Source: Candidatus Calditenuis fumarioli
Lineage (GTDB): Archaea; Thermoproteota; Nitrososphaeria_A; Caldarchaeales; Calditenuaceae
Reading direction: 5' to 3'
DNA: 64,000 nt
NCBI GenBank assembly: GCA_030059665.1
Contig: JANVYR010000003.1
Coordinates: forward strand, 1-64,000
A model generated the notes under the pieces. It saw only the letters and a program-made list of their open reading frames with translations, ran no database searches and had not been told where the DNA came from. Position numbers and translations under genes: made by a program. Below are positions 46,292 to 55,747 of the stretch, one piece after another; positions within the stretch are counted from its first letter, which is position 1, and each line of letters starts with the position of its first letter.

Positions 46292-48615
46292 TTCCCGGCA
46301 CCCCCCTTCCTGGAACCGCCCAGAGCCCTGGAGACCACAGCGTAGACCGCCGCGAAGACCGCCCCGAAAATCACCGCGAAGACCAGCGTTGCCGTGAAGT
46401 TGTTGCCGCTGCCGGAGCCCGATGACGTGGGGCCCGCTGATGCAGCCGGCGCACCGCTCAGCTCTCCGACCTTCGCCGCGAGGGAGTCGGCGAGGCTTCT
46501 TACCTCATCGAGCTGCTTCCGTATCGAGTCGAACCCGAACTGCGTGTAGAACGAGGCCTGCGCGAAGTTCCCCGACTGGTCGTAGACGACCACCGACTGG
46601 GAACCCTCTGTCGTGACCGGAAGGAAGAGCCTGACGGTGAAGGAGCCCTCGGAGTCGGAGCGGGTCGTGGCGATGACGGACCCTGAGACCTCGACGTAGA
46701 TGTTGGATTCGGGCTGGAACCCTGTGCCCCTGACCGTCACGCTCTGCCCTGCTGCTCCGACAGGGGGAGAGATGAAGACGCTCGGCTCCCTCATCGGCCT
46801 CAGCCTCGCGAAGCCTATCTTCTGGTTCAGCCCGAGGAACTCGCCGAGCCTGCAATCGGCCCAGACCGCGTAGACGTCGTTCTCCGTCGCCTTGATCGCG
46901 AAGTAGTCGCCGATGAAGGCGCCCTGCGGGAAGCAGTAGTTCGGGTTCGAGTAGGCGTCGGTGACCCTCGTGTTGACGAACCTCTGTCCTATCTCCTTCA
47001 CCTCGAAGCCCCAGGTCTCGCCCCTGTCCTCGCTGCGGGTGTAGTAGATGTGGTAGCGGATCTCGCTGGGGTCGTCCCTCATGTCGCCCCATATCACGTG
47101 GATCGTCCCCTTCGGGTCCACCGCGATCGCAGGGAAGAACTGGAGCCTGTTGGTATCGTCGTCGTTGAGCCTGACAGGCCTGCTCCAGGTCCTTCCTCCG
47201 TCGAGGCTCCTGACGAAGTAGACGTCGCCGTCGTCCAGCGGCTTATCCGCGGGCCTCCCGACGAAGACGATGTAGACCTCACCTTTGGGGCCGACCGCCA
47301 TCTGGGGGAAGGCCGATCCCCAGAACCTGAAGTTGGCGTTCCTAGGTGCGAAGGATATCTCGTTGAAGACGGCCGCCGTCACCGGAGCGCTCCAGGTCCT
47401 TCCTCCGTCGTCGCTCCTGACCACCCTGATCTCCGCGAGCCCGCGCATCTCGCCGTCGTCCAGCGTGTCGAGGTAGGCGACGTAAACCGTGCCGTCGGGT
47501 GCCACGGCGACGTTCGAGCCCTGAAGCACCCTCTTCTGGCCTGCTCCTGGCCCGAACTGCCTGACGACTGTCGGGCTCACCGCCACCGGTGCGGTCCAGG
47601 CCCTACCTTGGTTCGTGCCCTTGACCAGCTTGATGGTGGTCTCAACTACGGGATTCGCGAGGAAGGCCAGCTCGCCGGAGTAGAAGATCTCGTACACGGT
47701 GGCGAACTCGGTGTAGGTCACGTAGACGGCGTCCTCGTTCGGATTGAGCTTGTCCGGACCGACCGCCATCCAGGGCTTGTCGATGAACTCGAACGAGATC
47801 TGACCCCTGAGGCGCCCGGCCTCGTCGATGAAGGAGCGCCTGAGCTTGATGTCGCTCCTGGCAGCCGAGATGGGTTCCGACCAGGCCCTCCCGCCGTCTG
47901 AAGAGGTCGAGACCGCGACGCTCGAGACCAGGTCCACAACCACATACGGCCCGACCCTGAACTCCTCCTCGCCGATGGAGAGCATCGCGTAGTACGCGTT
48001 ACCCCTCCTGTCGAAGCCGACCACGGGGTCACCACCGGTCCCTAGGTCGCGCTGGAGGTACTTGACCAGGAATGGCCCCTCCCAGGTCTGGCCGCCGTCG
48101 ATGGAGACGTAGGACGTGACGCTGGGGAAGCTGTAGTCTATCACGCCCACAACTATGTGGTCCGGGTTCCTCGGGTTCACTGCGATGTGGGGCTCTGTCT
48201 GAAACGGGTACTGGCTGAGGTCACGCGTGATCAGGACATTCCTCGAGAAGGCGGGTGCGGGGCTCCTGAAGGGGACTAGCACCCCAGCGGCTCCAGGAGC
48301 CTGGAGGGCCGGCGTCGGCGATCCCTGTGCTGGCCGCCCGGACTCCTGCACCGTGCCCATCCCCTTGACCTCACCCCCCTCACCCTCGGAGGCGAGCGAC
48401 GTGACGGGGTCAACGCCGGAGAGGATCAGGGGAGTCCTGCCCGAGAGCATGTGGGAGATCAGCCTGGCAGCCTCGAACCTGTGCACCACCGGCGGCGGCA
48501 TCGGGTTCCTCGCCTCCACCTCGCCCGCCAGAACCGCGTTCACCGGGATGAGGGCCGCGAGCAGCAGGACGGTTAGCAGCAGCGAACGGGTTGCCGTGGA
48601 CCCTATCAGGACCAT
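46288..48615 (-). CDS. BNR/Asp-box beta-propeller (sialidase-like) membrane-anchored surface protein
   Basis: Asp-boxes SIDGGQTW, SSDGGRAW, TNQGRAW, SDDGGRTW, SLDGGRTW, SEDRGETW; Ig-like domain, C-terminal TM. Confidence 0.82.
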   Translation of the reverse strand: MVLIGSTATRSLLLTVLLLAALIPVNAVLAGEVEARNPMPPPVVHRFEAARLISHMLSGRTPLILSGVDPVTSLASEGEGGEVKGMGTVQESGRPAQGSPTPALQAPGAAGVLVPFRSPAPAFSRNVLITRDLSQYPFQTEPHIAVNPRNPDHIVVGVIDYSFPSVTSYVSIDGGQTWEGPFLVKYLQRDLGTGGDPVVGFDRRGNAYYAMLSIGEEEFRVGPYVVVDLVSSVAVSTSSDGGRAWSEPISAARSDIKLRRSFIDEAGRLRGQISFEFIDKPWMAVGPDKLNPNEDAVYVTYTEFATVYEIFYSGELAFLANPVVETTIKLVKGTNQGRAWTAPVAVSPTVVRQFGPGAGQKRVLQGSNVAVAPDGTVYVAYLDTLDDGEMRGLAEIRVVRSDDGGRTWSAPVTAAVFNEISFAPRNANFRFWGSAFPQMAVGPKGEVYIVFVGRPADKPLDDGDVYFVRSLDGGRTWSRPVRLNDDDTNRLQFFPAIAVDPKGTIHVIWGDMRDDPSEIRYHIYYTRSEDRGETWGFEVKEIGQRFVNTRVTDAYSNPNYCFPQGAFIGDYFAIKATENDVYAVWADCRLGEFLGLNQKIGFARLRPMREPSVFISPPVGAAGQSVTVRGTGFQPESNIYVEVSGSVIATTRSDSEGSFTVRLFLPVTTEGSQSVVVYDQSGNFAQASFYTQFGFDSIRKQLDEVRSLADSLAAKVGELSGAPAASAGPTSSGSGSGNNFTATLVFAVIFGAVFAAVYAVVSRALGGSRKGGAGN

Positions 48616-48673
48616 CGCTCCCTCGGTTCTCGGGCTCTGATAAGAGATTTTGCGAGATCCCCTGACGTGGGGT

Positions 48674-49327
48674 TCACTGGGTCGGCTGCGCGGCCTTCCT
48701 CCGCTCGAGGACGCGCTTGATGTGCTTCAGCTTGACGAAGTAGTCGCGGTCGGACTCCTCAAGGGCCATCGAGATCTCCTTGATGGCCTGCTTGTACCTC
48801 GGCATGATCACGTACTCCAGCGCGTTGAGGAGGCGCTGGGTCCTCCTGAGCTCCTCTGCTATCCTGAAGATGGCGCTCTCGACCGCGGCCGCCTTGCAGA
48901 CCTCCGGGATCACGGCCCTCAGCTTCCGGGCAGCCTCGTCGAGGTCGACCGTCGTCTCGAGGAAACCGTAGGGTAGGGGGAACCTGGCCTCCTCCACCTC
49001 CGCGGTGGGCACCTGTATCCCCATCAGCGTGTAGGACCTGACCTTGACGGATAACGTCTCGCCGAGCGTCCGGGAGACGAGCTCCGTCACCTCGGGCCCG
49101 CACCTGACGTAGGCGGCCGCCAGGTCCGAGTAGGCCTCCTCGAGCCGATCGGTTATCGCCTCCCTCAGCTCCTGGGCCTGGTCGATGAGCTCGTTCAGCG
49201 TCCTCACCAGCACGTCTCTCTTGTCCTCGAGGATCCGGTAAACGCGCTCCGCCGTCCTGAGAGAGCGCTTCAGCTGGAGGAGCTCCAGCCGCGTCTTGAG
49301 GTAGCCGCCGCCGAAGGAGACCGACAT
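48674..49327 (-). CDS. atpD: A/V-type ATP synthase subunit D
   Basis: ELLQLKRSL..AERVYRILEDKRDVL, RRTQRLLNALEYVIMP, LEESDRDYFVKLK. Confidence 0.9.
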   Translation of the reverse strand: MSVSFGGGYLKTRLELLQLKRSLRTAERVYRILEDKRDVLVRTLNELIDQAQELREAITDRLEEAYSDLAAAYVRCGPEVTELVSRTLGETLSVKVRSYTLMGIQVPTAEVEEARFPLPYGFLETTVDLDEAARKLRAVIPEVCKAAAVESAIFRIAEELRRTQRLLNALEYVIMPRYKQAIKEISMALEESDRDYFVKLKHIKRVLERRKAAQPTQ

Positions 49328-49398
49328 CCGCCGTCTCCCGCCTCCTTGGTGCCCTCAGTCCTCCCGTATTTAGACGGTGAGCTGAGGTTCGATCGCGT

Positions 49399-49701
49399 CT
49401 AGGACATCCAAGTCAGCCCATCGCTCGCCCTCCGCACTAGCTCCGAATCCGGGTCCATTCCCAGCACCTCGCTGAGCAGGTATACCTTGCTCATCGCAGC
49501 CGCCCACTCCTCGCGGACTCCTCGGCCCATGTCCTGATGGTGGGTTGCAGCCGTCAACCTCCCCAGAAGCGTCAGCGGCATCCCATGAGAGGGTTCGAGG
49601 ACGACCGGTGCGTCTCCGGCACGAGGTCCATCCATGGCCAAAACGTTCCCACATTCGCAACGCTGAAATCGCGGCCGGACTTTCGGCCCACCCTTCCACA
49701 T
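49399..49701 (-). CDS. Possible small hypothetical protein or degraded gene
   Basis: 100-aa ORF with CECG; a competing frame 49370-49699 exists; no family recognised. Confidence 0.3.
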   Translation of the reverse strand: MWKGGPKVRPRFQRCECGNVLAMDGPRAGDAPVVLEPSHGMPLTLLGRLTAATHHQDMGRGVREEWAAAMSKVYLLSEVLGMDPDSELVRRASDGLTWMS

Positions 49702-49749
49702 TCGCCGAGCTCTCCCTCGATATCAGGAGCCGGGTTCGCGGAGCGGGGG

Positions 49750-50022
49750 ATGGGTAGGAACGTGCCGACGTACAGGCAGAGGCTGGAGCAGGAGCTGGCG
49801 CGGTGGGCGAGGTTCAGGGCCGCCCTGCTGAGGTCGGAGCGGGAGGACTTCGACTCCCTCGCCTCTCAGGCCTTCCGCTACGTCCACGCGTGCGTCATGT
49901 ACCCGGAGAGGGAGGCGTTCGACCTGATGCTGGTCTCGCTGCTGCTGGCCCACGAGTCGAGGCTCAGGAGGCTCGAGAGGGCGCTGGAGGGGCTGACGGG
50001 GGAAAATGGCGGTCAGGGGTAG
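49750..50022 (+). CDS. Small helical protein of the type found beside PolB2 (arCOG07300-like)
   Basis: MGRNVPTYRQRLEQE..RW..FRAAL...EREDFD; overlaps the polB2 start. Confidence 0.75.
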   Translation: MGRNVPTYRQRLEQELARWARFRAALLRSEREDFDSLASQAFRYVHACVMYPEREAFDLMLVSLLLAHESRLRRLERALEGLTGENGGQG

Positions 50023-52177
50023 GCTGCTGGACCTGAACGTCTCGCCCGACGGCGAGGGCATCGAGCTCTGGCTGAGGGAGGAGGACGGATCGGTCAGGAG
50101 CCACGCGGTCAGGTGGAGGCCGTCGATCTACGTCACCGGTCCCGAAAGCGAGCTCGAGAGGCTGGCGAGGGCCTTCGAGCGCTCCGAGATGGTGGAGGTC
50201 AGGGAGGATCCGGGAGGGAGGCCGGTGAGGGCCCTCAGGATCCGGGTGGGATTCGGGGAGAGGAGGGAGGTGGCGACGCGGATCGAGGAGCTCGGAGGTT
50301 ACAGGTCGCTGAGGGTCCACAACGTCGACGTTCCGGTGCTGCAGCAGTTCCTTTACGAGAACGGGGTCTTCCCGACGGCGCTCGTCGAGCTCGATCCCCG
50401 CTCCGGGTCCCTCAGGGCCCTCGACTCGAGGGAGGACCTGGAGTACGACGTGGGATGGATCAGGACGGCGCAGCTCGAGGTCTTCCCTGAGGCCGGAGGG
50501 AGGGTTCCGTCGTTCGATGACAGGCTGAGGGAGGTGAGGGTCGTTGCGTGCGGTGAGGAGGCCGTGCTCGACGGCGACGAGGTCTCGGTCCTCGAGGGGC
50601 TCGCGGGGCTGCTGGCGCGCTGGGACCCGGACGTGCTTCTGGTCCGCGGAGGAGACCAGTTCGTCATGCGCTATCTGCTTCACAGGGCTAGGTGCATCGG
50701 GATGAAGCTGGAGATGGGGAGGGCTCCCTCACGGAACAGACCGGGGCCGCCGGAGGTCTACTGGAGCTACGGGAGGGTCTACCGGAGGCACAGGCCCTTC
50801 AGGCTCAGGGGGAGGGTGCACGTCGACCCGGAGAACTCCTTCACCTTCGCGCACACCGGACTGCACGGCGTCATCGAGGTGGCCAGGACCTGCGTGGTAC
50901 CGCTCCACGACGCCGCTCGTTACACCATCGGCCAGTGCATGACCTCGCTCCAGTACGAGGTGGCCCACAGGTGGGGAGTGCTGGTGCCCTCAAAGCCCAC
51001 CAGGACGCTCTACCTCAGGCTCAGCGACCTGCTGCTGATGGACAGGGGAGGCCTCACGCTCGACCACAGGCCCGGGGTTTACTGGAACGTGGCGGAGCTG
51101 GACTTCCAGAGCATGTACCCCATGATCATGACGAGGTTCAACGTCAGCGCCGAGACCGTGAACTGCAGCTGCTGCGCGACCGACGGGATCCCGATCCCCG
51201 AGATGGGCGGCCACACCTGCAGGAGGAACAGGGGACTGGTTCCTGAGGCGATAGGGCTTCCGCTGAGGAAGAGGCTTGCCTACAAGCGGCTGATCCGTTC
51301 CCTCGGTCCCGCGGATTCAGCGGTTTACAAGGCGAGGGCCGACGCGCTGAAGTGGGTCCTCGTCTCCTCCTTCGGCTACCTCGGGTTCAGGAAGGCCAAG
51401 TTCGGGAGCAGGCTGGCCCACATGGCGGTCTGCGCCCACGCGAGGGCCGCGCTGCTGAGGGCCGTCAGGGTAGCTGAGGAGAACGGCTTCGAGGTGGTGC
51501 ACGGCATAGTCGACTCGCTCTGGGTCCGGCGCGAGGGCGCGACGGAGGAGGACTACGCCCGTCTGGCGGCCGAGGTCGAAGAGGCCACGGGCCTTCCCGT
51601 AAACCTCGAGGGGGTCTACCGGTGGATCGCGTTCCTCCCGTCCCGGACGGACCGCATGAGGCCCGTCAACGGCAGGTACTTCGGCGTCACGATCGACGGC
51701 CGGGTGAAGTGCAGGGGAATAGAGGCGAGGAGGAGGGACACGCCGGACCTGGTGAGGGAGATGCAGCTGGAGATGCTCGGGAGGCTCGCGAGGGCCCGCT
51801 CGCCGGAGGAGCTGAGGGACGCGGCTCTGGACTGCATCGGCCTGCTCAGGCGCTACGTCGCCCAGCTGGTCCTCGGACGCGTCGACCCCGAGCGGTTGGT
51901 ACTGACGAGGGTCCTCTCGAGGGACCCGGGGGCTTACAGGGTCAGGAGTCAGACGGCCCTGGCGGCCAGGTCGCTGGCGGCGCTGGGCGCGGAGGTCGGT
52001 GCGGGTTCCGCCGTGCGGTACGTGATCACCCCGTCAGGCCCCCTCCCCTATCCCCACTTCAGGCCCCACGACTTCTCCTCGACCGCCTACGTCGGGCTGC
52101 TCGTCAGGGCGGCCGATACCTTGCTTTCGGTCGTCCTCGGCCCCTCTTCGTTACCTAAATTTATGTGTTTCTCATAA
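50006..52177 (+). CDS. polB2: Family B DNA polymerase, PolB2 subfamily
   Basis: Motif A ELDFQSMYP, motif B ALKWVLVSSFGYLG, motif C HGIVDS in place of YGDTDS, degenerate exonuclease domain, RGIEARRRD. Confidence 0.88.
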   Translation: MAVRGRLLDLNVSPDGEGIELWLREEDGSVRSHAVRWRPSIYVTGPESELERLARAFERSEMVEVREDPGGRPVRALRIRVGFGERREVATRIEELGGYRSLRVHNVDVPVLQQFLYENGVFPTALVELDPRSGSLRALDSREDLEYDVGWIRTAQLEVFPEAGGRVPSFDDRLREVRVVACGEEAVLDGDEVSVLEGLAGLLARWDPDVLLVRGGDQFVMRYLLHRARCIGMKLEMGRAPSRNRPGPPEVYWSYGRVYRRHRPFRLRGRVHVDPENSFTFAHTGLHGVIEVARTCVVPLHDAARYTIGQCMTSLQYEVAHRWGVLVPSKPTRTLYLRLSDLLLMDRGGLTLDHRPGVYWNVAELDFQSMYPMIMTRFNVSAETVNCSCCATDGIPIPEMGGHTCRRNRGLVPEAIGLPLRKRLAYKRLIRSLGPADSAVYKARADALKWVLVSSFGYLGFRKAKFGSRLAHMAVCAHARAALLRAVRVAEENGFEVVHGIVDSLWVRREGATEEDYARLAAEVEEATGLPVNLEGVYRWIAFLPSRTDRMRPVNGRYFGVTIDGRVKCRGIEARRRDTPDLVREMQLEMLGRLARARSPEELRDAALDCIGLLRRYVAQLVLGRVDPERLVLTRVLSRDPGAYRVRSQTALAARSLAALGAEVGAGSAVRYVITPSGPLPYPHFRPHDFSSTAYVGLLVRAADTLLSVVLGPSSLPKFMCFS

Positions 52178-52276
52178 CTCTTGATATTGTGGTACCCAAA
52201 GTATCCGGCCACGTTTAAACAGTATATGCAAAATATATGCAATGATTAAATCCTAAAAATGCGGGATCATGGCGGC

Positions 52277-52486
52277 ATGACCTCGGTTCAGCAGGAGGTT
52301 CAGGTCAGGAAGGAGGGCAAGGAGGTAGCGAGGCGGAGCTACGCGGCCGGCTACAAGTACTGCAGCAGGTGCCGTGTGTACCATCTGACGGACAGCGTGA
52401 GGTGCCCGTACTGCGGCATACTGCTCAGGAACTCTCCGAGGAAGAAGAAGCCGGTGGACCCGTCGAAGTACGTCCGGGTCGAGTGA
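52277..52486 (+). CDS. Small Zn-ribbon protein
   Basis: GYKYCSRC...RCPYCGILLRNSPR. Confidence 0.8.
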   Translation: MTSVQQEVQVRKEGKEVARRSYAAGYKYCSRCRVYHLTDSVRCPYCGILLRNSPRKKKPVDPSKYVRVE

Positions 52487-52610
52487 GCCGGCACCTCGAT
52501 CAGGCATCTGAGCTCGGCACCCGGAGGACTTTTTTCGCGGCATGAGCTCTGGGAGTTCAGCGGCTCTCCCACCGTAGGTTTCAAATGAAGGTGGCCCGAC
52601 GTTCGTTAGG

Positions 52611-53879
52611 GTGTTCGAGGAGGAGTACAAGAGGAGGCACGTCTTCGGGGCGGACTACGGCACCAGCGACTTCAAGTACGGACCGATAACGCTCGGCGAG
52701 CGGCCCCAGGTCGTCGAGAACAGGGGATACTTCCCGGAGAGGTCGATCGTCTCGGCGATAATGGGCGTCGAGCGGGAGGTCGTGGTGGGGAAGGACGTGG
52801 CCCTCTTCCTCGAGAGCGGAGCGGACCTCCTCGCACGGCTCGTCTACCCCATGAGGAGCGGCGTGATAGCCCGGGAGGACAGCAGGGCTTGGCGGGTGGT
52901 CGAGGAGCTGACGAGGTACGCGCTCAGCGAGTTCAAACCGAGGGTCTCCGTCGGCTTCAGCGGGTTCTACGTCGTCGCGGCGCTCTCCGCGGTCGCACCC
53001 GGGTACATGTACGAGAGGTTCTTCGAGGTCTTCGCGAGGCTCGCGGAGGAGGGCCTCGTCCGCTCCGCGACGGTGATACCGCAGCCTTTGGCGGTGGCGA
53101 TTGCCCACAGGACCACGTCATGCGTCGTGATAGAGAGCGGCCACGGGAACACGCAGGTGACCCCGATCTCGAGGGCCCCGATCAGGGGAGCCTTGGTGGC
53201 GCTGAACAGGGGAGGCGCGGACGCCAACGCGATAACCGCGGAGATCCTGAAGGACGCTGGCTACGGGGACCTGGCAAAGGAGGAGTCGTTCGTCAGGAAG
53301 GTGAAGGAGCAGCTGGGCCTGCTGCCGCTGGAGCTGGACAGGGCCGTCTCCTTCGCGAGGTCCAACCCCTCCGCGGTGAGGAAGCCGATCAAGATCCCCG
53401 GAACCAGGATAACGGTGGACCTCGGGGAGAACTCCTGGGCGAGGTTCCTCATCGGCGAGTACGTCTTCGACCCGAACAAGGAGGTCTTCGAGAGCTACTT
53501 CAGGCGTGGGCTGCCGAGGCCGAGGGACGTGAAGGTTGGCGACGCGATCTTCCACGGAACCATGCCCCTCTCGGAGGCGGTGGTGGCCGCGGTCGAGCGG
53601 TGCCCCGTCGAGCTCCAGCCCCACCTCTACAGCCAGGTCCTCCTCTCCGGCGGCAACCTCTCTTGGATTCCTCCTCCGGAGCTGAAGGGGATAGCTGTGG
53701 ACGCGGCGACGAGGCTCAGGTACGACCTCCAGAACATGGGCGTCGAGGGCGTCTCGGTAAGGCTCTCGGAGGAGCCCCAGTTCGCGGTCTGGCGTGGATG
53801 CATCGTCTTCGGCTACTCGGTTCCCCACGACTACCTCTGGAGCTGGGAGAGGATGGAGGGGTGGATGAGGTTCGGGTGA
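52611..53879 (+). CDS. Crenactin (archaeal actin)
   Basis: GADYGTSDFK phosphate-1, LVYPMRSG, IPQPLAVA, VIESGHGNTQV phosphate-2, LSGGN adenosine motif, VWRGC. Confidence 0.9.
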   Translation: MFEEEYKRRHVFGADYGTSDFKYGPITLGERPQVVENRGYFPERSIVSAIMGVEREVVVGKDVALFLESGADLLARLVYPMRSGVIAREDSRAWRVVEELTRYALSEFKPRVSVGFSGFYVVAALSAVAPGYMYERFFEVFARLAEEGLVRSATVIPQPLAVAIAHRTTSCVVIESGHGNTQVTPISRAPIRGALVALNRGGADANAITAEILKDAGYGDLAKEESFVRKVKEQLGLLPLELDRAVSFARSNPSAVRKPIKIPGTRITVDLGENSWARFLIGEYVFDPNKEVFESYFRRGLPRPRDVKVGDAIFHGTMPLSEAVVAAVERCPVELQPHLYSQVLLSGGNLSWIPPPELKGIAVDAATRLRYDLQNMGVEGVSVRLSEEPQFAVWRGCIVFGYSVPHDYLWSWERMEGWMRFG

Positions 53880-53887
53880 GCTGAGCC

Positions 53888-54313
53888 CTACCGTGATGGT
53901 GACGGTGCGAAGAGCTTCCTGATCTGCTCGTCGAGCAGCTGGATCAGCAGGTACACGCCCTCATAGTGCTTCCGCAGGTCTTCGGCATCCCTTATGAAGC
54001 CGTGGTAGAAGTTCGCGTGGAGCCTCTCCGCCTCCTTCACCGCGTCGATCACCCGCTTATCTCCGATGCTTTTGGCGAACTCCTCTAGGAACCTGATGGT
54101 ATCCCTGTGGGTTCTGAGGACGCCTTTCTGCCCCCGCAGCAGAATCGAGAGGGCGTTGGAGTAGCACGAGAGTATGCCCCACAGCATATCACCCGCTTTC
54201 TCGAGCTCGCCCCTCTGGATGAACTCTCTCAGGTTCTCTTGGTGTCTTTTCGAATGTTCCAAATACTCCGAGACGGTTCGGTAGACCTCCTCGTCGAACC
54301 CAGCGTGGCTCAT
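53888..54313 (-). CDS. PaREP1/HEPN-family protein
   Basis: EKAGDMLWG, AERLHANFYH (R-x6-H). Confidence 0.8.
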   Translation of the reverse strand: MSHAGFDEEVYRTVSEYLEHSKRHQENLREFIQRGELEKAGDMLWGILSCYSNALSILLRGQKGVLRTHRDTIRFLEEFAKSIGDKRVIDAVKEAERLHANFYHGFIRDAEDLRKHYEGVYLLIQLLDEQIRKLFAPSPSR

Positions 54314-54555
54314 GTTCCAGCGGATTTCTCCTCATGCCACTCTTCAACCCTGCCCGTTGCCGCGCTGATCTTGGCGACGTACCGGCGGCCCGACGTCAGC
54401 AGCGTCACCTTGACCCGCCAATATTCCCCCTCGCGAACGACCTCCGAGACCTCCGCGAACAGCATCGGCAGGTTCGCAATTCTCGCCATCTCCAGGGCGA
54501 TAGCGGCAGCCTCCTCCGCGCTCTCGACGGGTTTCCTCGGCGCGACGGTCATCAT
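54310..54555 (-). CDS. Small PepSY-like domain protein
   Basis: SAEEAAAIA helix, WRVKV strand, ISAATGRV (cf. IDAxTGxV); overlaps the HEPN start by 4 nt. Confidence 0.6.
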   Translation of the reverse strand: MMTVAPRKPVESAEEAAAIALEMARIANLPMLFAEVSEVVREGEYWRVKVTLLTSGRRYVAKISAATGRVEEWHEEKSAGT

Positions 54556-54672
54556 TCCAACAGATGTGGTCAGGCAGTCGCAATAACGTTGACGGTTCAG
54601 ATCGCATCGCGTTCGCAGACGGCAACCGTTAATGCCGACGCTCTGAGCTCCGGGACAGTAGAGGGGCTCGCG

Positions 54673-55728
54673 ATGATCAGGGTCCTCTTCGACGTCCTGA
54701 CGCCGAAGCAGGCGTTGCTCTTCTGGGCGGTGGGGAAGGAGCTGAAGGAAAGGGGGATCGAGGTGAGCTACGTAGGACGCAGATACGCGCAGCTCGACTG
54801 GGTCGAACGGGCCCTCGGGATCGAGCTGAAACCCCTCGGTGAGTTCGGCGGTGGGACGCTGGAGGGGAAGCTCCTGGCGAGCACGGAGAGGCAGAGGCTG
54901 CTGGCGGAGGAGGTGATCGCATCAAGGCCCGACGTCACCGTCTCCAGCGGCTCGGTGGAGCTATGCAGGGTCTCGTACGGCCTCGGCATCAGGCACGTCC
55001 TGGTCTCCGACTCGCCGCACTCCCCGGTGAACAGGATCGCGGTACCGCTCTCGGACCTGATAGCGACGCCCGCCTTCATCCCGCTCGCGGAGTGGAGGAG
55101 GTGGTGCATCCAGAACGTCAGGGTCCTCAGGTACAGGGCGCTCGACCCGGTGGCATGGATGAGGAGGCTCGGCGACCTAACCGCGAACGGGCAGGCACCG
55201 GAGGGCGATTACTTCCTGGTCAGGCCGACGGAGCACATGGCCTCCTACTCGCTCGGAAGGGGACTCGCTGAGACCTTGAGCGTGGTCGAGGGTCTTCTGT
55301 CCTTTAGCGACGCTAAGGTCGTCGTGCTCGCGAGGTACCCCGAGGACGTCGCTGAGCTCAGGCGGCTCTACGATCCGAGGGTGGAGGTGGTGGCGGAGCC
55401 GAGGCTGGCGCTGCCGCTGATATCGCGCGCTCTGGCGGTCTTCTCGGGTGGAGGCACGATGGCACAGGAGGCCGCGCTGCTCGGCGTTCCGGTCTTCTCC
55501 TACTACCCCGGCGAGCTGCCGGCGGTCCACAGGTTCCTCGTGAGGAGGGGGCTGCTCTCGGTGCTGAGCGACCTGAGCAGGGAATCGATCGGACGGGCGG
55601 TGGCCGCCGCTGCGGACAGGAGGTTCAGGCGGAGGCTCGCGGAGAGGGCCCGGAGGCTGAGGGAGTCGATGGAGGACCCTGCGGTGGTGGTGGCCGAGGC
55701 CATCGCGAACCTCGCTGGTCGAAGGTAG
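54673..55728 (+). CDS. DUF354 family protein (glycosyltransferase/UDP-GlcNAc 2-epimerase-like fold)
   Basis: VLFDVLTPKQ, SDSPH, SGGGTMAQEAALLGVP. Confidence 0.85.
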   Translation: MIRVLFDVLTPKQALLFWAVGKELKERGIEVSYVGRRYAQLDWVERALGIELKPLGEFGGGTLEGKLLASTERQRLLAEEVIASRPDVTVSSGSVELCRVSYGLGIRHVLVSDSPHSPVNRIAVPLSDLIATPAFIPLAEWRRWCIQNVRVLRYRALDPVAWMRRLGDLTANGQAPEGDYFLVRPTEHMASYSLGRGLAETLSVVEGLLSFSDAKVVVLARYPEDVAELRRLYDPRVEVVAEPRLALPLISRALAVFSGGGTMAQEAALLGVPVFSYYPGELPAVHRFLVRRGLLSVLSDLSRESIGRAVAAAADRRFRRRLAERARRLRESMEDPAVVVAEAIANLAGRR

Positions 55729-55747
55729 TCGCCGCACGATCAGTTCT

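Noticed and set aside
47182-47410. Exact 22-nt direct repeat GCTCCAGGTCCTTCCTCCGTCG (47182-47203, 47389-47410) as a CRISPR or mobile repeat
   Set aside because: Only two copies, both encoding the DGGRTWS Asp-box within one gene
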